Positions 47,485 to 57,205 of a stretch of 64,000 bases of DNA are shown here, one piece after another. Under the pieces are notes generated by a model. The model worked only from the letters and a program-made list of their open reading frames with translations. It did no database searches and had not been told where the DNA came from. Numbering within the stretch: the first letter of the stretch is position 1; each line of letters starts with the position of its first letter. Position numbers and translations under genes: made by a program. Location of the stretch: positions 1,060,988-1,124,987 of the forward strand of contig NZ_JH719942.1 of NCBI RefSeq assembly GCF_000275825.1, given 5' to 3'. Origin of the DNA: Saprospira grandis DSM 2844. Its GTDB lineage: Bacteria; Bacteroidota; Bacteroidia; Chitinophagales; Saprospiraceae.

Positions 47485-48045
47485 CTAAATCTTGCGAATA
47501 GAAGGAATTTCTGGCTCGGGCTTTTTATGCTCAATCGGAATTGTTTTGAAGCGATAGAGCACCGAAGGCAAATACTTGGCCCCTACCCCATTCCAAACAT
47601 TAGAAATATCGCGAAAATCTGGCGATACCATTTCGGCCACCAAACGACTGAGGCTGCCCGAAAGTGCGGGCGTATTTTGCTCATTAAAAACGCCTTGGCG
47701 GCTTTGGAAAAAAGCGATCACCGAGCTAACAAACTTAAGGCCCTCCAAATAATTTTCATTGGTAAAATAGGCCGAGAACAACATATATATATTGACTTCA
47801 ACTGGGGGGGTCACCTTAGTAAAATTCCCTCGCTTATTGGGCTGATAAGTCGCCGTGCTGCTCTTATTGCGCTCGGCCTCAATGTTAATGATCGTCATCA
47901 CGATCTTATCGGCCTCTTGCACCGCCATCGAGCCATCGGCATTAACCAAATGAGAAATGATGACTTTCTCTTCTAAAATATTGTGTTTAGACTGCAAAAA
48001 GCGGTTGAGCTCGCCCACCACCGCCGTGACAACTTTATCAATCAT
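47485..48045 (-). CDS. DUF4255-like protein (candidate Afp16/Pvc16-type tube/sheath cap)
   Basis: Size ~186 aa and position at the 5' end of the cluster fit. The N-terminus MIDKVVTAVVGELNRFL resembles cap proteins as I recall them. Confidence 0.4.
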   Translation of the reverse strand: MIDKVVTAVVGELNRFLQSKHNILEEKVIISHLVNADGSMAVQEADKIVMTIINIEAERNKSSTATYQPNKRGNFTKVTPPVEVNIYMLFSAYFTNENYLEGLKFVSSVIAFFQSRQGVFNEQNTPALSGSLSRLVAEMVSPDFRDISNVWNGVGAKYLPSVLYRFKTIPIEHKKPEPEIPSIRKI

Positions 48046-48050
48046 AATCC

Positions 48051-48308
48051 TTATTCTTCTTCCTCCTCAGCTTCTGGCTGAGTTAGTGTTTTGATAGAAA
48101 GCGCAATAAAACGCATAATATAGATGCCCAAAAAGGAGGTGAAATAACCAATCAAGTACATCCAGAACACCCAGTTGCGCTCAATTTCACTCATATTCAC
48201 CACCTCTCTGGTATAACCAAAGAACCAAAGGAACACCACCGCCATAGGCAGCGAGACGATCAGGGCCACAATTAGCCAAATGAACTCTCTTGCGATTATT
48301 TTAAACAT
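48051..48308 (-). CDS. small two-TM membrane protein with an acidic tail
   Basis: Two hydrophobic helices. C-terminus EAEEEEE. Its stop is 6 bp before the cap-like gene. Confidence 0.4.
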   Translation of the reverse strand: MFKIIAREFIWLIVALIVSLPMAVVFLWFFGYTREVVNMSEIERNWVFWMYLIGYFTSFLGIYIMRFIALSIKTLTQPEAEEEEE

Positions 48309-48357
48309 GCTCTATTTTTGTTAGCCTCGATATCGTACAAGGTTGTTTTTGATTTTT

Positions 48358-48530
48358 ATTTTTTGGGGCTGCCCCTCCTTTCAGTCGGGTCGGGCTGTGT
48401 CGCAGCTCGCAGGTCTGCTCGGCCCTGCGCTTTTTTCGCTTCGCTCAAAAAGCTGGGTCTGGCCTTCGGCCACTGCTATCCATCCCTCAGCCTGCGGCGG
48501 CTTTGCCGCCTGCTCGCCGCAAAAGGACCT
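48358..48530. repeat. GC-rich interspersed repeat
   Basis: Same architecture as 3524-3686, with ...cctgcggcggctttgccgcctgctcgccgc substituted. Confidence 0.65.
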
Positions 48531-50706
48531 AAGGCAATCGTTTTTGTTGGCGCTTGAGGAGCATGCTCGCCACCCAAGTTAAGAGCCCGCCCAAAATGGT
48601 CCCTACTAAAAAGGTGGCCACCCAATTATTGAACAAGCCCAAATTATTGCCAATTAACAAAACAATTGTGGCAAAAAGGACCAAGTAAAAAATCCGGAAA
48701 GCGCCACTGTAAAACATCACATCTCGCACCTTCCAATCTAATAAAGAGAAGCCAAAACCTAGGGCCATAAAAAACAGCATGGCCAAAAGGGTGGAGAAGA
48801 CTACGCCATTTGTTTTTTTAATTTGGTAGGCAATCGTATAATGGATTTTATTGCTCTTGGCCACCTTATAGCGTTCAATTCGCTCTAGCTTAGTATTCCA
48901 GATCTCTCTAGCGGCAAATTTTTCTTCTAAAGTTCGCCAAAGCTCGGTATAACCATGATCATAGCTGAGGGCCCAAACGGCCACACCGCCCATTTTCTTT
49001 TCTAGTGCGAGGTCCATTTTCAGGCCCAAACTCGTCGAGTTATCAAAGTAAATTTCTTTCAAGGGATTGCCTAGGGTATCTACCAAAACGCCAATCATAC
49101 TATTGTGCATTTTATCGTAGCGCACCTTAAGGCGGTTGGCCCGGGCCAAATTCCGAATTTCAGAATAGGCCATATAGCCTTCAAAGCTCACGCCCTTATC
49201 GCCTTCTAGTGCCCAAACCGCACCGTGGTAAGGCAAGCCAAGGACCAAGCTAGTGCTGTGCTTGGCTCCAATTTCCTGAACATAGCGGTCAATGGTTTCC
49301 TCCAGACTTTCTTCCAGGCTATCCGATTCGGAGATAATGCCTTCTAGGCCAGAGAAAAGGTCAAATTCATGAATTTGAATGGTGTCCTGCTCTGGCTCAA
49401 ACAAAAACATATTGACGGGATTGCGGGCTGCATAATATTTGGCCAGTTCTGCCCGGCAGGCGGTTGCTTTTAGGGCTCGGCGCAAATAAGGGTCATCTCT
49501 TAGATCTTGAGTTGCTCGGATAATGCCCAAAACGGTCCCCAAATCATAGGTATTATACTCTAGGTTGGTAATTCCAGCTCTGAGGATATACATATTCAAG
49601 GTATCGAGCAACTGCTTTTTATAGCTATCGGTATGTAGTAGATCAATGCTTTTAATGGCAGAAGAAGTGCGGAGCACCGAATCGAGGCTAATATTTTTTG
49701 AGTAGCTCATATAGCTACGCTTCCATTTGGCTTCTGGCTTGAGCAAGGGCGTTAGGGGCACCTTACTTACCCCTGTGGGGCGGAGGTGGAAATTATAGGC
49801 AGAGACGATAAAAACGTCTACCCAATTTTGCAAAAAGCCTAAGTCATAGACCTTTTCGGGATCGCGTAGCGGCAAGCTCATTGCGATAGTAAAATTGGGA
49901 TTTTCTTCTCTTAGGGCAAAAGAAAGCTCTCGGACAAAGTCTTGAAAATCGGCTTTATACTCAATAGGGAGTTCTTCAAAGTTAATTTCTATGCCATCGC
50001 CACCTGCATAATTGAGCACCGAAATAAGGCTATCAATCAGGTTGCGTTGGACCACCTTGGCCGAAGTGAAGAAGATTTCGCTACGTTCGCCTCTATGGCA
50101 AGAAAGCGTAAGCATGGCTTTACAGCTATCTTTATGGGCTGTTTTTACAAAATCGCCATTTTTAAACTGATCAATGGCTTCAAAATCTTCATAGCCTCCG
50201 GTAAAGGGGTTAAGTTTATAGGCATAAAAAGCGGCATGAGTAAGTAGACCGAAATTATAGTTATGAAACTTATCGCCGGCCCAGGCGGGGTGCCAGCCCC
50301 AAACCACTAAATTTTGTTTACTGTTAATCTGAGTAGACTGTACATATACGGCAGGTTCTTGCTCATACATTTCATCAGCGCCCAAAGGTTTTTCGTATCG
50401 AGAGTAGCGGCCCTTAGCCATTACCTTTCGGTCAGTTTCCGTAGGCATACCCCACCAGTGGCGGGCTAGCGTTCTGAAGCGGGTTTGGCTCAGCTCCAAG
50501 ACCACCTTATTTTCAATAATGGTATCTTTCTCGCGCAGCTTTTCGAGTCGTTGCAAGCGCAACTCCGAAGAGTCTTCGGCTGTAGGTCTTAGGATTTGGG
50601 TACCGTTGAGCTCACTACCATCTAGCTGTGCCAAGAGCGTAGTAGTTGCCCAGGCAGAACAGAAAAGGAGGAGGAACAGGGTCCGTATATGAGTCCAGAT
50701 CAACAT
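48529..50706 (-). CDS. secreted GH18-like (chitinase-fold) protein with a C-terminal four-TM anchor, paralog A
   Basis: Signal peptide. GH18 strand motifs KAMLTLSCH, DGIEINFE (DxxDxDxE variant with E kept), VDVFIVSAYNFH, LVLGLPYHGAVW. Four C-terminal TM helices. Confidence 0.55.
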   Translation of the reverse strand: MLIWTHIRTLFLLLFCSAWATTTLLAQLDGSELNGTQILRPTAEDSSELRLQRLEKLREKDTIIENKVVLELSQTRFRTLARHWWGMPTETDRKVMAKGRYSRYEKPLGADEMYEQEPAVYVQSTQINSKQNLVVWGWHPAWAGDKFHNYNFGLLTHAAFYAYKLNPFTGGYEDFEAIDQFKNGDFVKTAHKDSCKAMLTLSCHRGERSEIFFTSAKVVQRNLIDSLISVLNYAGGDGIEINFEELPIEYKADFQDFVRELSFALREENPNFTIAMSLPLRDPEKVYDLGFLQNWVDVFIVSAYNFHLRPTGVSKVPLTPLLKPEAKWKRSYMSYSKNISLDSVLRTSSAIKSIDLLHTDSYKKQLLDTLNMYILRAGITNLEYNTYDLGTVLGIIRATQDLRDDPYLRRALKATACRAELAKYYAARNPVNMFLFEPEQDTIQIHEFDLFSGLEGIISESDSLEESLEETIDRYVQEIGAKHSTSLVLGLPYHGAVWALEGDKGVSFEGYMAYSEIRNLARANRLKVRYDKMHNSMIGVLVDTLGNPLKEIYFDNSTSLGLKMDLALEKKMGGVAVWALSYDHGYTELWRTLEEKFAAREIWNTKLERIERYKVAKSNKIHYTIAYQIKKTNGVVFSTLLAMLFFMALGFGFSLLDWKVRDVMFYSGAFRIFYLVLFATIVLLIGNNLGLFNNWVATFLVGTILGGLLTWVASMLLKRQQKRLP

Positions 50707-50751
50707 AAGTCTTAGGAATAAAATCGTCTGAATAAGAAATTGGGGTCTACA

Positions 50752-52638
50752 TTAAGGGGCTTTAGCTTGCTGCTTATCCACCAGATAGATGACGCCATAA
50801 GTAAAGAAGCCGCCAATCACGAGGCCGAGCAACAAAATAGAAGCGCCACCACGGAATAGGCCATAATAAGAGCCCACCATGAGCAGTAGTGCCGAGAACC
50901 AGCCCAGGTAGATCATTCTGAAGCGGCCATTGGCAAATAGGGTTCTACGCACCTGCTTATTAAAGAGGGCCATACAAAAGCCTGCGGAGGCAAAAATGGC
51001 CCAAAAGAGCAAGACGGCTAAAAGGGTAGCTCCCCAGCTTCTGGCTGCTTTACTGGCTGCGCCTAGCTTTTCGTAAGCTTCTAGCTTGGGCATTTCTATG
51101 GTGGTAAACTCTGAAGAGAGGGTATTCCATACATTATAATAGCCCAAATCGTAGCCTAGGGGCCAAACCCCTACTCCAGCCAAGCCCATATCATTGATAA
51201 ATTGATATTTGAGGCGAAGCGTACGCACATCATCATAGTAGAGTTCGGTACGTTCTATATCATCAATTTGTAGGGCGCCCCCTACTTTCTTAAAGATCGT
51301 ATCTTCTTTGGCCCAAACATAAGAGTAGTAGTTAGAGTCAATTCCTACGGCTGTACTATCTCGCATCACAAAATCATTTTGGATTTTGCTATAGGGCACA
51401 TAGCCTTCTAGATCAAAGCCACGGTTGCTACTTTTCCAGAGGGTTCCATAATTGGGCAGGGCCAAAATGAGTCGGTTGGTGGCATCTCGCCCAATAGAGG
51501 CAATATAATGCTCTACTGATGAGCGAATATCTTCTTCGCCAGAAGCGGCGGTAAAGTTAAGCGGTGCTCCTGGTTTCTTAATAATTTCGCCTGTTTTGGG
51601 GTCATTGTGGTAATCTATAGCCTTAATGATAAAGAAATCGACATGTTCTTTCATTTTGCCCAGATTAAACACCCCTTCAATATCTACAGCTGGAACGCTC
51701 ATACAAACCGCTAGGTCTGGCGAAACTGCTCTTAGGGTAAAGGAAAGTTGGCGAACAAACTTTAGGAACTCTATCTGGGCTAAGGCGGGCACATTCTCAA
51801 AGTTAATCTCTACGCCATCGGCCTTAGAGGTATCCATCAGGTAGACAATATTATCAATGAGGTTTTGCCTTTGCTTGGCATTTTCGGGAGCCAAGAAAAA
51901 AGCATTATTATCATAGCTATGGCTCGTAATACTAAGCAGCACCTTACAATCTTTGGCATGAGCGGTGGGCACAATGCCATTATCGGGATCATCGCCCCCC
52001 AAAAAGTCATGAATAACGGTAGAGTCTAGCGCTTCTCCAGTATAGGGGTCAATATCGTAGCCATAATAGGCAATGGCCGAAAGCAGGCCATAGTCATAGG
52101 TTTTGTAGGCATTGCCATTAAAGTGTGCATGCCAGCCAAAAACGGTGACAAACTGGCTAGCTGTTCCTTTGACCAATTTAGGCACTCGAAACTCAGAGCT
52201 ATCGATAGCGCTAATAGAATCTCTTTGGCGCTCAAAATCGAGTTTAGCGGCTAGGTCGGCATCGCTAGGGGTCATCCACCATTGGGTCAAGAGGTCAATA
52301 AAACGCTTTTTATTGTTGGGGTTTTCAATATCCCGCTTTGCGTTTTCGTCCTCAATCAGTTCTTCTAAGGTGGGGTCATATTCCCGTTCAAAGTCTTCTT
52401 TTTTAAAAGAGGGTAGCTGTTTATACTCATCGGATTTGGTCCGATAAGCATTTTTGACCGTTGTTTTTCGGCTTTCAAACTCATCGCGCAGGGCCCGAGT
52501 AGCTTTTTTCTCTAGGGCGTTGCCTCCGCCTTTTTTGGCAGTTTGGACGGCAATACGGCTTTGTCCCCAGCTATTGCTTGCCAAAAACAAGCAGCTAATC
52601 AGGAGTAATTTAGCCGTTATATGAATGAAAATTCGCAT
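50752..52638 (-). CDS. secreted GH18-like protein with a C-terminal four-TM anchor, paralog B
   Basis: KVLLSITSH, DGVEINFE, VDFFIIKAIDYH, LILALPNYGTLW. Same architecture as paralog A. Confidence 0.55.
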   Translation of the reverse strand: MRIFIHITAKLLLISCLFLASNSWGQSRIAVQTAKKGGGNALEKKATRALRDEFESRKTTVKNAYRTKSDEYKQLPSFKKEDFEREYDPTLEELIEDENAKRDIENPNNKKRFIDLLTQWWMTPSDADLAAKLDFERQRDSISAIDSSEFRVPKLVKGTASQFVTVFGWHAHFNGNAYKTYDYGLLSAIAYYGYDIDPYTGEALDSTVIHDFLGGDDPDNGIVPTAHAKDCKVLLSITSHSYDNNAFFLAPENAKQRQNLIDNIVYLMDTSKADGVEINFENVPALAQIEFLKFVRQLSFTLRAVSPDLAVCMSVPAVDIEGVFNLGKMKEHVDFFIIKAIDYHNDPKTGEIIKKPGAPLNFTAASGEEDIRSSVEHYIASIGRDATNRLILALPNYGTLWKSSNRGFDLEGYVPYSKIQNDFVMRDSTAVGIDSNYYSYVWAKEDTIFKKVGGALQIDDIERTELYYDDVRTLRLKYQFINDMGLAGVGVWPLGYDLGYYNVWNTLSSEFTTIEMPKLEAYEKLGAASKAARSWGATLLAVLLFWAIFASAGFCMALFNKQVRRTLFANGRFRMIYLGWFSALLLMVGSYYGLFRGGASILLLGLVIGGFFTYGVIYLVDKQQAKAP

Positions 52639-52681
52639 TTCGTTCTGCTTTTCAAATTCTCAATGGGGTGTCTAGCTAGCC

Positions 52682-53716
52682 TTATTCGGCTTTAAATACG
52701 GGGATTTTTTTCTGCAAAAAGATTTCTTGCACCCGTTCCCGCTTAATAATCTCCAAGATTTCGGCTCGTTTGAGCTGAAACTTGGCCACCTTAATATAGA
52801 CCCGAACTCCGGTGACCGTATTGAGGTTTCTGAAGCACATTTTGAGTTGCTTATAGGTTCCGGCTTTATAGGCGGGGATCACTCCAAAAGGAGCTGGGTT
52901 GAGGCCTTGTGTTCCTACATAATTATCGTTAGCTCGAGGGTCTTTAAAGTCGTATCGGAGGTTTCGGGCCAAAGAGTTGTTGGCCATAGGGAGGGTTTCG
53001 GTGAGGCCTAGTCCGTAGGCCATTAGGGGTTCAGAAACCTCTGCGGCAATCCAGCTAAGCTTAGGGTTGGCCTTGAGGTTTTGGTATTCTTGATGGGTTT
53101 TATCGCCAATGCCGATCCAGTAGACGGCATATTGATAATCGCCATCGAGTAGGGCTTCGGTGATACAGCTATCGGCTAGTGATTGATAATCGAGGGCGGG
53201 CTGTAGGTCCAGCTGAATTTCGGTAATATCTGGATAGGGGATAGTGTCGGGATAGGCGGTGCGCATGGTATCAATAGAGGTAGTGACCATAACATCATCG
53301 AGGACCAGGGAGTCTTGAAAAGACATGGCTGGAAATTTATAGATTTGCATCCGAAAGGTCCGGCCCAGTAGTCCTCTATTTTTCATCACAAAGTTGTGCG
53401 TTCCGTCTTTAGAGGCCATAAAAGACTCTCGTTCTAGGCTACGCACTTTTTTCATGCGCATTTTAAATTGGGTACCAGGCAATTCTACAATGAGGCGGCC
53501 CAATTTGCGGGCACCAATAGTTTGCATATCGATGACTACTTGTTCGCCTTGTTTGAGGTCATAGGAGAGCACCTTTTTTTTCCAGGCACCCAATTCTACG
53601 AGTTCATCAAAGAGGACAATTCGTTCGTCGTAGGAGCTTTGGGCCTGTAGGGGGCTATATAGCAGGCATAATAATAGGGCAAACCACTGCCAATGCAGCT
53701 TTTTGGGTATTCTCAT
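52682..53716 (-). CDS. hypothetical secreted protein (start at MRIPKK)
   Basis: Signal peptide ...PLQAQ. Confidence 0.4.
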   Translation of the reverse strand: MRIPKKLHWQWFALLLCLLYSPLQAQSSYDERIVLFDELVELGAWKKKVLSYDLKQGEQVVIDMQTIGARKLGRLIVELPGTQFKMRMKKVRSLERESFMASKDGTHNFVMKNRGLLGRTFRMQIYKFPAMSFQDSLVLDDVMVTTSIDTMRTAYPDTIPYPDITEIQLDLQPALDYQSLADSCITEALLDGDYQYAVYWIGIGDKTHQEYQNLKANPKLSWIAAEVSEPLMAYGLGLTETLPMANNSLARNLRYDFKDPRANDNYVGTQGLNPAPFGVIPAYKAGTYKQLKMCFRNLNTVTGVRVYIKVAKFQLKRAEILEIIKRERVQEIFLQKKIPVFKAE

Positions 53717-53917
53717 ATATCCGTAGCATCTAAGGTTCTGAAGCAAGTTTGGCAATTAAAAGTATAGTGTGTTGGCCAAAATTTGCTAGTACAAGCCCAA
53801 ATTAAAGCTTTTTTCAAAATTAACCTTAAAATTCTAGGGCCTTTTCTAAACAAAACCTTAAAGGTCTATCAATCGTCTACCTTTCAAAGTTTTAGGGCCA
53901 AATGTTTTCTAGATTTT

Positions 53918-54470
53918 CTTTTGGGGCTGCCCCAGCCTTTGGCTGGGTCGGGCTGTGTCAGGGCTCGCAGGTCTGCTCGGCCCTGCGCGGGCTTTGCCCG
54001 CTGGGTCTGCGGCTTTGCCGCCCCCTTTTCCATCCCTCAGCCGGGGCGCTGCGCGCCTTGGCAGGCGGCTTTGCCGCCTGCTATATGAATGAGCTGAGGC
54101 CCGGAGGGCCGAAGGCTATGCAGCTAGTGTTGGCCCCCAAGGCCAACGCTAGCTGCCCCCAGGCGGAGGCGGCTTTGGAGGGTCTTTTGCCTGAAATGCA
54201 ATATGTTGAGGGCCAATTTTAATAAAAAGCAAGAAAAAAAGTGGCCAGCCGCCTACCGCCGGCCGGGTCCAATCAGCCCGCAGGGCTGTCTAAACAAAAT
54301 GCCATTTTGCAGCGGCTCTGCCGCTGCAAGGGCCTAGCGCTGTGCAGGGGTGGCCGTTAGGCCAGACCCAAGCCGCCAAAGGCGGCTGCAGGGCCGAGCA
54401 GGCCTGCGAGCCCCGAAACATAGCGCCGCAGCAAAGCTGCGGAGGCCCCAAAAGAAAAAAGTCTAGCCCT
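53918..54470. repeat. composite ~550-bp repeat arm (three GC-rich modules plus a unique spacer), arm A of an inverted pair
   Basis: The reverse complement of 59340-59885 aligns along the whole length. Confidence 0.75.
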
Positions 54471-54520
54471 TAAAAGAGCTAGACCATTTTCAGTGCATCA
54501 AACGCAATGGGGATAATAAA

Positions 54521-57205
54521 TTAGTGTTGGATAACCAGCTTTTGGCTCTTGATGAGCTCCCCAGCCTTGTTGCGGAGCAAGACCACATAATGGCCATTGG
54601 TCCAAGACTGAATATTGAGCTCTAGGCTTCCTTCTGTAGGCAATCCTTGACGCTGAAACAAAGGCTTACCTTCCAAATTGAGGACCTCTACTTGTAGATC
54701 GCCCTTTGAGGCTGCAGCAAAACGCATTTGAAGCATCGTTGCGGCAGGGTTGGGGGTCACCAAAAGGTAGTTGCCCGTAGTAAAGGTAAATCCACCACGG
54801 TTGGGCAAGGGAGTAGAACCACCAGCATCACAATCCTGAATCAATTGGAAATTGCCCAAGCACTCCTGCTGACAGCCATTGGCATCAATTAGTTGGTAAG
54901 TATATTGGCCAGCAGCTAGGCCCGTAAACTGGCCGCTATTGTTGTTTTCTACGGTTTGCGTAGTCAAATTGGCCAAGCTAATTTGGAAAGGGGCCGTTCC
55001 GCCACTGAGGCCCAACTGCAAGCTTCCGTCATTATTATCGCAGCCAGGCTCTTGGCTACTTAGCACAGACAAGCTGATGGGGTCGGGCTCTACTACGGTT
55101 AGTTGTGTTTGTTCGGTACAACCATTTTGGTCCACCACCTCTACAGTATAAGTGCCTGCACAAAGCTGATCAATTTGATCTGTTGTGGCGCCATTGCTCC
55201 AGCTATAGCTGTAGCCAGCACTACCCGTAGCCACTACGGTAGCACTTCCGTCGCAATCGCCAGCACAGCTTACTGCGGTTGCAGCAGAGGTAAGGCTAAA
55301 GCCAGGCGTGCCCATCAAGACAAAAGTGGTATCATAAGAGCAACCATTGGCATCAGTAAGAGAAAGTTGGTAGGTTCCTTCGGCCAATCCAGTAAGAGGC
55401 GCATTAACGGCAACCATTTGACCATTTGCCGTTAGGGTATAAGGAGCCGTTCCGCCATCTAGATTTAGGCTAATGCTTCCGTTATTTTGGCCACAGCTAG
55501 GCGCTGTAAGCCCTGTAAAGTAAAGGTCTAGAGGTGCTGGGCTAATCACTTCTATGGGCTCCACATAAGAGCAGCCATTAGCATCTAGCACCACCACTTG
55601 ATAATTGCCCGCTGCCAATTGGTCGAACTGTGGACTTGTAGAGAAGTTGCCTCCAACAGAATAGATATAAGGAGCGGTTCCGCCAGTAGCCATAATATGG
55701 ATACTTCCGCCATTTCCGGCAGTTGCACAAAGTTGATTTTCTACATCAACTTGAGCATTTAGGGGTTGAACTTGGCCATCAATTTCAAAAGAGAGGCTAG
55801 AGCAATTGGGTTCACAACCGTTTACATCCTCTACCCAAATGCCATATTGGCCAGCAGTAAGATTGACAAAAACGCCAGAATTATTTTGGAAAAGCTCTCC
55901 AGTGGTCCAGTTGATCACAGAATACTGATAAGGAGCGCTACCGCCTGTAGCGTTAATAATAGCTTGGCCATCGTTGGTTGTACAGGCCAAATCTTGAGTA
56001 GCGTCTAGGCTCACATTTAGGCCAGCGCAGCTGCCACCGCCTGTAGTTCCGCCCACTACGTTAATCGAGTAGGTGTAGGTGTTTTGGCCCACCAAAGGAC
56101 AGGCATCATCATGAACATTGAGGGTAAAGCTATGAAAACCTACATCAGCTGCCGTAGGCGTCCAGCAAAACAAGCCATTTTGGAAAGGGAAACCAGAAGT
56201 GGTAAAGACTGCTGCGGGAATTGCCCCATTATAGCTAATAAAGCTATGTTGTCCAGAATCGGGATCATTAGAAAAGACCTCAAAGCAAAGTTGCTGACCA
56301 ACGACAATTGTGGTATCAAAAACTTGGCTACCGTTCATTCCAGTCAATGTGGGAGCCTGGTTTTGGCACTGCACCACCGTAAACTGGATATCACGAACAA
56401 TTTCTCCGATTTTTTGGCCATTTCTAAACTCTTCTACTAAAACGCAGAGTACGCCCACCTGCACCATAGAAGGTACAAAGCTAAGGGCTCCAGTTGCGGG
56501 GTCAATGTTTACGCCATTTTGCGTAAGCAAAGGAGAGCTTGCAGAAATTCCCTGAGCGGCATTATAAGTTACCGGTACATTAGCGGCATCATAGCAATTG
56601 GTTAGTGAATAGCGCAAAGAATCGCCATCCATATCCACTGCTCCATGATTATAAAAAACCGACTGTCCTACACAGGCAAAAGGCGTAGGGTTATTCAAAA
56701 AGGTAGGCGAGTTATTACAATTGCTCAAGGCAGTATTCAGCTCTGTTTCAATGTACATCATATTAGAGCCAGGCGTATTGAGCGTTGTAATTGCATTATT
56801 GCGACAACAAAGGCTCCAGCTAGCGGTCCAGTCTGTACAAGTTGTGGGTAGTGTAACTACTGTTTCATAAGTATATTTTTCAATTCCATAAATACCGCCA
56901 CCGCCATTACAGGCCGTACCCACAATACCCGGACAAGAGGGCGTAATTTCCACTACTCCAGCCTGCATCAAGGTGCTGCTGATTGTTCCACAATTGGGAG
57001 AACTTAGTTCTAGGGTGTAGCTATTGGCAGCATTGATACCATTACAATCTCTATAAAATTGTAGGCTAAACTTATATTGTCCATTACCTAAACAGACATA
57101 AGTCAAATCTGCACCCATAGCATGTGTGGCCTTTGCTTCTTGCGAGGAAAAGCCCAAGAGGAGAAGCATAAAGAACAGGCCTGTTCTTAGCATAGATGTT
57201 TGCAT
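54521..57205 (-). CDS. SprB-repeat cell-surface protein with T9SS C-terminal sorting domain
   Basis: At least five ~45-aa units (GGTAPY.YS...G.Y...V.D.NGC). C-terminus ...GHYVVLLRNKAGELIKSQKLVIQH. Signal peptide. Confidence 0.7.
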   Translation of the reverse strand: MQTSMLRTGLFFMLLLLGFSSQEAKATHAMGADLTYVCLGNGQYKFSLQFYRDCNGINAANSYTLELSSPNCGTISSTLMQAGVVEITPSCPGIVGTACNGGGGIYGIEKYTYETVVTLPTTCTDWTASWSLCCRNNAITTLNTPGSNMMYIETELNTALSNCNNSPTFLNNPTPFACVGQSVFYNHGAVDMDGDSLRYSLTNCYDAANVPVTYNAAQGISASSPLLTQNGVNIDPATGALSFVPSMVQVGVLCVLVEEFRNGQKIGEIVRDIQFTVVQCQNQAPTLTGMNGSQVFDTTIVVGQQLCFEVFSNDPDSGQHSFISYNGAIPAAVFTTSGFPFQNGLFCWTPTAADVGFHSFTLNVHDDACPLVGQNTYTYSINVVGGTTGGGSCAGLNVSLDATQDLACTTNDGQAIINATGGSAPYQYSVINWTTGELFQNNSGVFVNLTAGQYGIWVEDVNGCEPNCSSLSFEIDGQVQPLNAQVDVENQLCATAGNGGSIHIMATGGTAPYIYSVGGNFSTSPQFDQLAAGNYQVVVLDANGCSYVEPIEVISPAPLDLYFTGLTAPSCGQNNGSISLNLDGGTAPYTLTANGQMVAVNAPLTGLAEGTYQLSLTDANGCSYDTTFVLMGTPGFSLTSAATAVSCAGDCDGSATVVATGSAGYSYSWSNGATTDQIDQLCAGTYTVEVVDQNGCTEQTQLTVVEPDPISLSVLSSQEPGCDNNDGSLQLGLSGGTAPFQISLANLTTQTVENNNSGQFTGLAAGQYTYQLIDANGCQQECLGNFQLIQDCDAGGSTPLPNRGGFTFTTGNYLLVTPNPAATMLQMRFAAASKGDLQVEVLNLEGKPLFQRQGLPTEGSLELNIQSWTNGHYVVLLRNKAGELIKSQKLVIQH

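Noticed and set aside
33336-48308. Prophage interpretation of the tail gene cluster
   Set aside because: No capsid, portal, terminase, protease/scaffold, integrase, repressor or holin/endolysin genes are recognisable in or next to the cluster. A PAAR plus VgrG-like spike and a DUF4255-like cap favour an eCIS or tailocin-like system. A prophage just outside the window cannot be excluded.
33336-48308. Canonical T6SS interpretation
   Set aside because: It has a single phage-like sheath gene rather than TssB/TssC, and gp19-like tubes rather than Hcp. No TssM/TssL/TssK/ClpV-like or Bacteroidetes TssN/O/P genes are in the window. A T6SS-iv/eCIS-type system is still possible.
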